Under the pieces are notes generated by a model. That model ran no database searches and was not told the DNA's origin. It worked only from the letters and a program-made list of their open reading frames with translations. Positions 56,619-64,000 of a stretch of 64,000 nucleotides of DNA are shown here, in pieces. Origin of the DNA: Chloroflexota bacterium (GTDB taxonomy: Bacteria > Chloroflexota > Dehalococcoidia > Lucifugimonadales > JADFKI01); NCBI GenBank assembly GCA_027623195.1, contig JAQBUT010000016.1, positions 1 to 64,000 of the forward strand. The letters run 5' to 3'. A program made the translations under genes and the position numbers. Within the stretch, counting starts at the first letter, position 1, and the number at the start of each line of letters is the position of its first letter.

Positions 56619-57530
56619 ATGACAGAAACGAATTTTCACCAGCTACTTATCTTCCATTCCGTCGCCAGATTGGGAAGCTTCTCGAAAGCTGCCAACGAGC
56701 TCTCTATCAGTCAACCTGCGGTTTCTATCCAGGTCAGAGAGTTGGAAACAACGCTGGGAGCGCCGCTTATCCACCGGCTGCGTCGCGGTTTGCAGCTCAC
56801 AGACACAGGTACAGCAGTATTCGGCTACACACAACGGATATTCGCCTTGTCCGAGGAGATGCGCAGCGCCGTACAGGATATTCAGGGATTGAAGGCGGGA
56901 CGGCTGACCATAGGCTCATCCTCTACCCCCGGCGAGTACATACTTCCCTGGGCTATTGGTAAGTTTCGTAGGCAATATCCTGGTGTCGAGGTTTCTCTGG
57001 CAATAACGAACACCCAGTCCATCGTGGAGCGTATCGTTAACCACGAATTGGACCTGGGAATGGCCGGCGCTACCGTTAACCTGCAAGGGTTGGCGTCCTT
57101 CCCCTACGTCGAAGATGAGATCGTCGTCATAGCCTCGCCGGACCATCCCCTAGCCAAGATCGACGAGGTCTCTTTGCAAGACCTGGATGGCGAGGAATTC
57201 ATCTTAAGAGAAGAGGGGTCAGCTACGCGGAGTACTGCCGAGGAATGCCTCAAAGACGGCGGCATTACGGTAAAAGTCAACATGGAACTAGGTAGCAACG
57301 AAGCCGTGAAAAGAGCTGTGGCCGCCGGGCTTGGTCTGGGTATTATTTCCAAATTCGCAGTAGAGCCGGATACCTTGGCTGGCTTTTTGACAGTTGTCGA
57401 TGTGAAGGGATGGGATTGCCGAAGACCTCTGACCGTGTTCCATCGCAACGACCGAAATTTGCCACCCGCGCAAAAGGCCTTTCTTACCTTTCTCCAAGAA
57501 CAAAAACCCCTGCCTTGGGATGCCTCCTGA
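56619..57530 (+). CDS. LysR-family regulator (CysL-like)
   Basis: GSFSKAA..L.ISQPAVS.Q, GSSSTPGEYILP, REEGSATR, ELGSNEAVKRAV. Confidence 0.92.
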   Translation: MTETNFHQLLIFHSVARLGSFSKAANELSISQPAVSIQVRELETTLGAPLIHRLRRGLQLTDTGTAVFGYTQRIFALSEEMRSAVQDIQGLKAGRLTIGSSSTPGEYILPWAIGKFRRQYPGVEVSLAITNTQSIVERIVNHELDLGMAGATVNLQGLASFPYVEDEIVVIASPDHPLAKIDEVSLQDLDGEEFILREEGSATRSTAEECLKDGGITVKVNMELGSNEAVKRAVAAGLGLGIISKFAVEPDTLAGFLTVVDVKGWDCRRPLTVFHRNDRNLPPAQKAFLTFLQEQKPLPWDAS

Positions 57531-57730
57531 GAACTTTTTCGTTCGTTTACAGTACAGCCGCACTGTTAAATAGGTCCCCCATACGTTGATATTACATATA
57601 CGAGATGCTTCGAATATCGCAGAAAATCGGACGGATCGCATTCGACTACTGTGAGCCCTGTTGGTTATAATAAGGGCAAGTTCAAAGTAAGAAACTGGCA
57701 ATTTAGAAAGTACTACGGGAGATGTTGTAG

Positions 57731-58324
57731 ATGATGCTGCCACCTAGTTCAGATCTAGCCTTGAAGGAGTGGGCGGTTGCTGTCAAAGCCCTGTCGGAGG
57801 GTAAGCAGATACTCATTCTCCGCAAGGGCGGAATACACATCGACGATAAAGAATTTCGAGTCGTCCATCCTGAATTCTTGCTCTACCCGACTTACGAACA
57901 TCAAAACGCTGAACTGATAATGCCGGAATATCAGGCCGATCTGCAGCAGACGTTGGATGAAAACGATGTTCCGGGTCTGGTCACACTTGGATACTGGTGT
58001 CAGGTAACCGACAAATTCCAGGTCAGCGAGCAGGACTTACTAGATGACGTGGCCCCGTACCACATTTGGACCAAGGACTATGCTAATAAGCGTTTGAACT
58101 GGCGGCCAAAGCAGCCCGTCACGATAGCTCTTCTACGCGTGTACGAACTGCAGCAGCCCCAGGCACTACCGGTACTGGCCGAATACGGAGGATGCAAGTC
58201 CTGGGTTGAGTTGGGCCAGGATGTTCCTCTGAGCGTCATGGTGCCCGTGCTCTCGGACCAGGCCTACGAAGATCGTGCCGAAGTATTAAGACAGGTACTC
58301 GGCGGCGCGCCGATGGCGGTCTAG
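57731..58324 (+). CDS. DUF1802 family protein
   Basis: ALKEWA.....L..G.Q...LRKGGI, FLLYPTYEHQ, YGGCKSW. Confidence 0.88.
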   Translation: MMLPPSSDLALKEWAVAVKALSEGKQILILRKGGIHIDDKEFRVVHPEFLLYPTYEHQNAELIMPEYQADLQQTLDENDVPGLVTLGYWCQVTDKFQVSEQDLLDDVAPYHIWTKDYANKRLNWRPKQPVTIALLRVYELQQPQALPVLAEYGGCKSWVELGQDVPLSVMVPVLSDQAYEDRAEVLRQVLGGAPMAV

Positions 58325-58370
58325 TCTTCTCACTAAGATTTAACTTTCATTTTGTATAAGGCAGGCAAGT

Positions 58371-59378
58371 GTGAAATATAGGCAGCTGGGAACTACTGAC
58401 CTCAACGTTTCCGAAGTCGGTTTTGGCGTCTGGACGGTCGCCACCAATTGGTGGGGAAAAATTGAAGAGGACCAGGGCATAAACCTTCTTACCAAGGCAA
58501 TGGACCTTGGCGTTAACTTCTTCGACACAGGGGACACGTACGGCGAAGGCTACGGCGAGGAGATCCTGGCCAAGGCATTGGGCAAGCACCGCCACGAGGT
58601 CATTATAGGAACCAAGTTTGGCTATGACTTTTACACTAATGTAGAACGGGAAGGCCACACGGAGCGCCCGCAGAAGTGGACACCGGAGTTTGTGCGTTTC
58701 GCTTGCGAGCAGAGCCTGCGACGCCTGAACACGGATTACATTGACCTTTATCAGCTTCACAACCCGAAGATGGACGCCATCGAAAATGATGAGCTTTTCG
58801 GCACCCTGGACGAGCTAGTTCAAGAAGGCAAGATACTTAACTACGGCTTTGCCATCGGCCCGGACATTGGCTGGGAGGAAGAGGGCGAAGCTGCCTTGTC
58901 GGGTCGGCATGCCAAGGCCATGCAGATCATTTACAGCATTCTGGAGCAGGAGCCTACTCGAAAATGGTTCCCCTCGGCGGAGCGGGAAAAGACTGGCTTT
59001 ATAACCAGGGTGCCCCATGCGTCAGGCATGTTGGACGGCACATACAACAAGGACACGATATTCGAGCAGAGCGACCATCGAAGTCATCGCAGGCAGGTCT
59101 GGCTGAATAACTCGTTGAAGAAGATCGGCCAACTCGATTTCCTAATGCAGAACATGGATTCCACAATAGGGCAGCTTGCGATCAAATTCGCGTTGTCCGG
59201 CCCGATGGTGGCGTCGGTGCTGCCGAACTTTACGAACATTCCTCAGCTAGAGGAGTTCACTGCGATGTCCGAAACGCCCGATATCCCTCAGGAGTTCCTG
59301 GACCGAATCGTGGAGCTCTACGACGAGAATTTCTACGTCGTAGACGAACTGGTCGAGGAGTCTTCCGTAGCCGGGTGA
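58371..59378 (+). CDS. Aldo/keto reductase
   Basis: VSEVGFG.W, FFDTGDTYG, GTKFG, SLRRL.TDYIDLYQLH. Confidence 0.92.
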   Translation: MKYRQLGTTDLNVSEVGFGVWTVATNWWGKIEEDQGINLLTKAMDLGVNFFDTGDTYGEGYGEEILAKALGKHRHEVIIGTKFGYDFYTNVEREGHTERPQKWTPEFVRFACEQSLRRLNTDYIDLYQLHNPKMDAIENDELFGTLDELVQEGKILNYGFAIGPDIGWEEEGEAALSGRHAKAMQIIYSILEQEPTRKWFPSAEREKTGFITRVPHASGMLDGTYNKDTIFEQSDHRSHRRQVWLNNSLKKIGQLDFLMQNMDSTIGQLAIKFALSGPMVASVLPNFTNIPQLEEFTAMSETPDIPQEFLDRIVELYDENFYVVDELVEESSVAG

Positions 59379-60127
59379 TCGTCGACTACTGAATCCTGTG
59401 CATTTTTAGATTCGGTTTGTCCGATCACAGGCCGTGCACCATGTTCATCTACGGGCCTATCATGCATCTGCCCCGAAACCGGACTTGCTGGTGAGACGAA
59501 CTCGCGCTCGTCATATGGCGCTGCAATAGGAGCAGTCGGGATGTTCCGAGCAGACTGCGGCACTATCAGTCCGTTTCTCTGATTGGTGTTTGGGGCACCA
59601 TTCCCCCCTCGATTGTTGGCCTGCCTTGGATCGCCACCGCGCCCGCTGTCTGGAACGTTACGAAGTGGCCTGTTCCGTTTCGGACCTACAAACCGGTTCA
59701 TCTCCGCTTCGATAAGCCGAAAGTCTTTTTGTGGAATAAGGTGCAGGCTATCGAAAAAAGCCAGAGGCCAGTCTTCCGGCGCCCACCGTTTGACGTATTC
59801 CAGGCGTGGGGCCAGCATTAGCGCATCTATATAATCTTCTTCATCTAGGACGATCTCCGGCTTGGTCTTGACCCTGAAAGGGTATACTTCTTCCCTACCA
59901 TTTACGTTCCAGATAGGGCTGCGGTCCTCGAAAAATAGCGAGGTTATTGTGGCCGTAGCGGTCCACTTACGAAGACCTTTGACGTAGAAGAGCATTCGAT
60001 CGTCAGGCTGCATGCGCTGCGCGCGGCGGCGGTACTTTCCTCGAACGCCGTATACCGTAAAGCCATGTTCCTTGGTTACTTCAAAGTCTTCTGGAGATGC
60101 AACCATCATCCAGTAGTTTTTGCCCAT
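59333..60127 (-). CDS. EVE domain protein with disordered C-terminal tail
   Basis: NYWM, MQPDDRMLFY, YPFRV, LHLIP.KDF.LI. Start at MGKNYW. Confidence 0.82.
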   Translation of the reverse strand: MGKNYWMMVASPEDFEVTKEHGFTVYGVRGKYRRRAQRMQPDDRMLFYVKGLRKWTATATITSLFFEDRSPIWNVNGREEVYPFRVKTKPEIVLDEEDYIDALMLAPRLEYVKRWAPEDWPLAFFDSLHLIPQKDFRLIEAEMNRFVGPKRNRPLRNVPDSGRGGDPRQANNRGGNGAPNTNQRNGLIVPQSARNIPTAPIAAPYDEREFVSPASPVSGQMHDRPVDEHGARPVIGQTESKNAQDSVVDDHPATEDSSTSSSTT

Positions 60128-60595
60128 TTGTATCTCTTTCCATTTCAACAGAGCCTTTATGTCATATTTTACCACTTATCGAAGGTCATGAACCCTAGTG
60201 CACGACATCTATTACGCAATCTCTGCGAACTATCGAGGCGGGTGCGTAAAAATCACTCCTGTTCTTCAACTTAGCATCTCATATTCATCCAAGACTGGTT
60301 AGGGCAGTAAAGTAAAGGAACACCGATGACATGTAATGTATATAAGCTTGCTGATGAGTAAATTAGAAAAACGCTAAATCAAGTTACTTGGGGTTGGAGA
60401 TGTATCGTTTTTATATGAATCCATGATGGACTACGGCAACACCGCGACAAGACGCCAACATGCGACGAATTGGCCTAGATGGCGGGGGAGATCAGCAATC
60501 GTAATCGACATCGACCCGTATGGTCGGCAGTCACCTCACCTAAGCAGTCACCTTCCATGCGCCGCATAAACATGTGATTGCAGGTGTATACGCCG

Positions 60596-60625
60596 TTGAC
60601 ATTAGTTCGATTTCAATGCTACTGT
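60596..60625 (+). promoter_or_regulatory. Putative sigma70 promoter
   Basis: TTGACA-N18-TACTGT with TG extension. Confidence 0.5.
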
Positions 60626-60631
60626 GAAGGT

Positions 60632-60815
60632 GTGAGATAGCGCATATTTGGATTACATAAAAACGGGTGGGCTACTACTGGTCGGCATGCCAAATTTCCC
60701 TGGATGGGGGCATGTGAATTGTTTGACCCTGGTCCGACCAAGACCGGCAGGTCCGATCTAGAAGGTTATATGAATGCACAGGGATAGGTTAATTCCCCCT
60801 TTCCCTGATATTCAT
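60632..60815 (+). ncRNA. Putative structured RNA/leader of unknown class
   Basis: Nested complementary segments read by eye (see finding); no long ORF. Confidence 0.35.
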
Positions 60816-60863
60816 CGGACACCTAATACGTTTGGTTCGCAGGCCGGTTTTTGAGGCGTTGAA

Positions 60864-61901
60864 ATGGTTACGGAAATTATAGCCCGTCTTATTGGTGGGG
60901 CTATCCTGGCCACCGGTGGATGGAGGCTAGGTGAATACATCAGCCAAGTCTGGGGACCTGAGTTGTACGTGCCCTGGGTTTTGGGCCTTACGATTCTTGG
61001 CCTGGTCCTGGGTCTTTTGGCTACCCCGTACCTGTCGGTTCGATTCGCCCACAACCTTGTTTTACAGATTGAAAGCATTCCCACATCGCGGCTGCTGTCC
61101 ACCATACTCGGCGGCGTGCTGGGGCTTCTAGTCGCCCTCCTTCTCTCCATTCCTCTCTCTCGGGTCCCCGGCTGGTTGGGCCTGGGGTTACCGGTTGCTC
61201 TGAGCGTGCTACTTGCCTATGTAGGGGGATTCCTGCTTTCCAGGGGCGAGCGCGATGTCTTTGCTCACCTTTTGCCCAGCGATTTAAGCACGAACGGAAG
61301 TGGCGGGGGCAACATATTGCTGGACACGAGCGCCATCATTGATGGTCGCATCGCCGACGTAACACAAACCGGCTTCCTGAGAGGCACCATCGTAATTCCC
61401 AGCTTCATTCTGGATGAATTAAGGCACATTGCCGACTCCAGCGACTCGTTAAGACGCGCTCGGGGACGCAGGGGCCTTGAGATGCTGAACAGGCTGCGCC
61501 AGGAGACGGAGATTCCCGTTAGAGTCCTCGACATCGCCATTCGTGATGGGCTGGAGGTTGACGCCATGCTGGTGGACGTGGCAAAGGAAATGAACGGCTC
61601 CATCGTTACAACCGACTATAACCTGAATCGGGTGGCGCAAATTCACGGCGTCCCAGTACTGAACGTGAACGAACTGTCCAATTCTCTTAAGCCTGTGGTT
61701 TTGCCAGGGGAGGGAATGACCGTACGTGTTATTCAGGAAGGCAAGGAGCCTGGTCAGGGCGTGGGCTTCCTGGACGACGGCACTATGGTGGTCATCGAGG
61801 GCGGCAACAGGTTCGTAAATCGCGACCTGGAGGTGCTGGTGACGCGAATGCTCCAGACCTCCACGGGCAGCATTGTTTTCGCTCAGCCAAAACGAGGCTG
61901 A
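60864..61901 (+). CDS. yacL: PIN/TRAM domain membrane protein (YacL-like)
   Basis: TM N-terminus, LDTSAIIDGRI, RGRRGL, TTDYNLN, GVGFLDDGTMVV; precedes ispD. Confidence 0.9.
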   Translation: MVTEIIARLIGGAILATGGWRLGEYISQVWGPELYVPWVLGLTILGLVLGLLATPYLSVRFAHNLVLQIESIPTSRLLSTILGGVLGLLVALLLSIPLSRVPGWLGLGLPVALSVLLAYVGGFLLSRGERDVFAHLLPSDLSTNGSGGGNILLDTSAIIDGRIADVTQTGFLRGTIVIPSFILDELRHIADSSDSLRRARGRRGLEMLNRLRQETEIPVRVLDIAIRDGLEVDAMLVDVAKEMNGSIVTTDYNLNRVAQIHGVPVLNVNELSNSLKPVVLPGEGMTVRVIQEGKEPGQGVGFLDDGTMVVIEGGNRFVNRDLEVLVTRMLQTSTGSIVFAQPKRG

Positions 61902-61906
61902 TTTAT

Positions 61907-62644
61907 TTGACAAATTCGTCAAACCATATAGTTCATAATGGCCCCCGCTCCCGAGTGGGGGCCATTGTTGTCGCTGCAGGCGAGAGCCGTCGAATGGGCG
62001 ACGTCGACAAGATATTTACAGAGCTAGGCGGCAGGCCTCTCGTTCTCCACAGTTTGGATATTCTACAGGGCTGTCATAGCGTTACCGATATCGTTCTTGT
62101 TACCTCCCAGGGACGTCTTTCCGAAGCAATGGCCCTTGTTGCCTCGCATAGCCTACCCAAAGTGCGGGCGGTCTGTGCGGGCGGGAAAAGACGTCAGGAC
62201 TCGGTCCAGAATGGTCTGGAGGCGCTGAGCGACTGCGATTGGATCATTGTTCAGGATGGGGCCAGGCCGTTCATTCAGCGACATATGGTCGAATTTGGAC
62301 TGCTTGAGGCGAGACGCACTGGGGCAGCCGTTGCCGCCGTTCCGGTCAAGGACACTATCAAAACGGCCGACGCTCAGGGATACGTTCTTACGACAGTCCC
62401 AAGGGACGGGCTTTGGATTATCCAGACGCCCCAGGTGTTTCGTCGAGACCTGTTGCAACAGGCGCACCATGAGGTAATCGACGAGGTTACTGATGACGCA
62501 GCCATGGTGGAGCGTATCGGGGGCGAGGTGAAGGTTTTCGCCGGGTCTTACAGCAATATTAAGATTACAACGCCAGAAGACCTCCCTGTGGCTGAGGCTA
62601 TTTTGCGGTCGCTCACAGAAACAAACCCAGAGGCCGCCCAGTGA
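61907..62644 (+). CDS. ispD: 2-C-methyl-D-erythritol 4-phosphate cytidylyltransferase
   Basis: AAGESRRM..DK, GG.RRQDSV, DGARP, PVKDTIK, QTPQ, TDDA, NIKITTPED. Confidence 0.95.
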   Translation: MTNSSNHIVHNGPRSRVGAIVVAAGESRRMGDVDKIFTELGGRPLVLHSLDILQGCHSVTDIVLVTSQGRLSEAMALVASHSLPKVRAVCAGGKRRQDSVQNGLEALSDCDWIIVQDGARPFIQRHMVEFGLLEARRTGAAVAAVPVKDTIKTADAQGYVLTTVPRDGLWIIQTPQVFRRDLLQQAHHEVIDEVTDDAAMVERIGGEVKVFAGSYSNIKITTPEDLPVAEAILRSLTETNPEAAQ

Positions 62645-63123
62645 CGCAACGAACAGGCATTGGAATTGACGTTCATCCGCTGGTGGAGGGTCGAGAGCTT
62701 GTGCTCGGTGGCGTGGTCATTCCATTCGAGAAGGGCCTCGATGGCAACAGCGACGCCGACGTGCTGATTCATGCCGTTATAGACGCAATGTTGGGCGCGG
62801 CCGCTTTGGGCGATATCGGAACCCACTTCCCGCCGGGTGACGAGCGTTACCTCGGAATAGCCAGTGGAGTACTCCTCACGGAAACCCAAAAGATGCTGAA
62901 GGCGGCTCTCTGGCGTGTCGAATATGTTGATGCTACAATACTTGCCGAGCGTCCCATACTCAGGCCGTTTATGCCCCAGATGAAGCTGTCTATGGCCAAA
63001 TTGCTGGGTCTGAGTGAGGATTCGCTGAATCTAAAGGCCACGACCACAGACGGCCTCGGTTTCATCGGTAGAGGCGAGGGAATATCCTGTACGGCCGTGG
63101 CAACAATTACGCGAATCGAATGA
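62641..63123 (+). CDS. ispF: 2-C-methyl-D-erythritol 2,4-cyclodiphosphate synthase
   Basis: GIDVH, LGGV, SDADV..HA..DA.LGA..LGDIG.HFP, KATT. Confidence 0.95.
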   Translation: MTQRTGIGIDVHPLVEGRELVLGGVVIPFEKGLDGNSDADVLIHAVIDAMLGAAALGDIGTHFPPGDERYLGIASGVLLTETQKMLKAALWRVEYVDATILAERPILRPFMPQMKLSMAKLLGLSEDSLNLKATTTDGLGFIGRGEGISCTAVATITRIE

Positions 63124-64000
63124 AACTTTACAACACGCTTACTGGAGAAAAAGAGGAATTCACCACCGCGGACGGCAAGGTACGGATGTACGTTTGCGGC
63201 ATCACTCCTTACTCCTCTTCTCACATCGGCCACGCAATGTTCTCTGTGGTTTTCGACGTGGTCCGCCGCTATATGGAGCATAAAGGCTTCAAGATAAAGC
63301 ACGTCCAAAACTTCACCGATATCGATGACAAGATGATAGCCGCCGCCAATAGCCGTGGTATTACTGTCGAGGAGTTGGCGGAGGAAAACATCCAGCAATA
63401 TCTGGAGGAGACGGACGCGCTGAACATCCGCAGGGCACACCAGTACCCTCGGGCCACCAAGGAAATTCCCAAGATCATCAGTATGATTAAGGGTCTGGAA
63501 GACGGAGGCTATGCCTATTCCACCAGCGGCGACGTATACTTCCGCGTCAACCGCGACGAGGACTACGGCAAGCTGAGTGGTCGCAACGCCGAAGACCTTC
63601 TGGCTGGGGCCAGGGTGGAGCTCGGCGAGATAAAAGAGGACCCTCGTGACTTCGCGCTTTGGAAGACACAGAAGCCTGGCGAGCCTGCGTGGGACAGTCC
63701 GTGGGGCCCCGGCAGGCCGGGCTGGCACATTGAGTGCAGCGCCATGTCCATGAAGTATCTCGGAGAGACCATTGATATTCACGGCGGCGGACAGGATCTC
63801 ATCTTTCCACACCATGAAAACGAAATAGCCCAGAGCGAGTCCTTCACCTCCAGCGAACCCTTTGCCCGATTCTGGATGCACAACGGCCTTCTGAGTATCG
63901 GCGAAGATAAGATGAGTAAGTCTATAGGCAATGTCATCTCCGTGCGGCAGGCGCTAGACCAGTTCTCACCTGCGGCCTTGAGACTATTCTTCCTCAGCTC
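63120..64000 (+). CDS. cysS: Cysteine--tRNA ligase (runs off the window end; missing from the ORF track)
   Basis: Translated by hand from ATG 63120: [18 protein letters not shown]...[50 protein letters not shown]. Confidence 0.96.
   Translation, partial: MKLYNTLTGEKEEFTTADGKVRMYVCGITPYSSSHIGHAMFSVVFDVVRRYMEHKGFKIKHVQNFTDIDDKMIAAANSRGITVEELAEENIQQYLEETDALNIRRAHQYPRATKEIPKIISMIKGLEDGGYAYSTSGDVYFRVNRDEDYGKLSGRNAEDLLAGARVELGEIKEDPRDFALWKTQKPGEPAWDSPWGPGRPGWHIECSAMSMKYLGETIDIHGGGQDLIFPHHENEIAQSESFTSSEPFARFWMHNGLLSIGEDKMSKSIGNVISVRQALDQFSPAALRLFFLS

Noticed and set aside
60632..60863. T-box leader for cysS or SRP RNA
   Set aside because: GGGTGG is not followed by an ACC-type T-box and lies three genes from cysS; CAGGTCCG lacks the GAAGGAAGCAG of SRP.
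62847..63881. 344-aa minus-strand ORF
   Set aside because: Antisense shadow of ispF/cysS; the + strand carries clear CysRS motifs.
1..64000. CRISPR arrays, rRNA/tRNA, IS elements, prophage
   Set aside because: No regularly spaced repeats, tRNA cloverleaf signatures, transposase, integrase or phage genes recognised by eye.

Overview
Gene-dense bacterial chromosomal segment (~55-60% GC by eye). I found no rRNA, tRNA, CRISPR array or transposase. The gene content suggests Chloroflexota, Dehalococcoidia/SAR202-like (inference): a luciferase-like monooxygenase, an enolase-superfamily dehydratase, Pro/Thr-stalked lipoproteins, an 11-subunit complex I without NuoEFG, and a GAAC-N4-GTTC LexA box. 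Main blocks in order: cupredoxin; otsA/otsB; a xanthine-dehydrogenase-family molybdoenzyme; a small ORF + ftsZ paralog behind a candidate LexA box; assorted catabolic enzymes; nuoABCDHIJK-orf-LMN; a divergent 12-gene hopanoid operon (prenyl synthase, hpnH, hpnG, shc, yjbQ, hpnD, then a sugar/nucleoside-processing module); a SUF operon with two SufU; opine/amine catabolism genes; LysR, DUF1802, AKR, EVE; and yacL-ispD-ispF-cysS (cysS truncated by the window end). Best candidates for novel systems: (1) a probably SOS-controlled SH3-like protein plus an FtsZ lacking its C-terminal anchor peptide; (2) the hopanoid operon extension, which includes a 2-hydroxyacid-dehydrogenase-fold enzyme with a remodelled active site; (3) an unassigned structured RNA upstream of yacL. 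All calls come from motif recognition only; no database searches were run.
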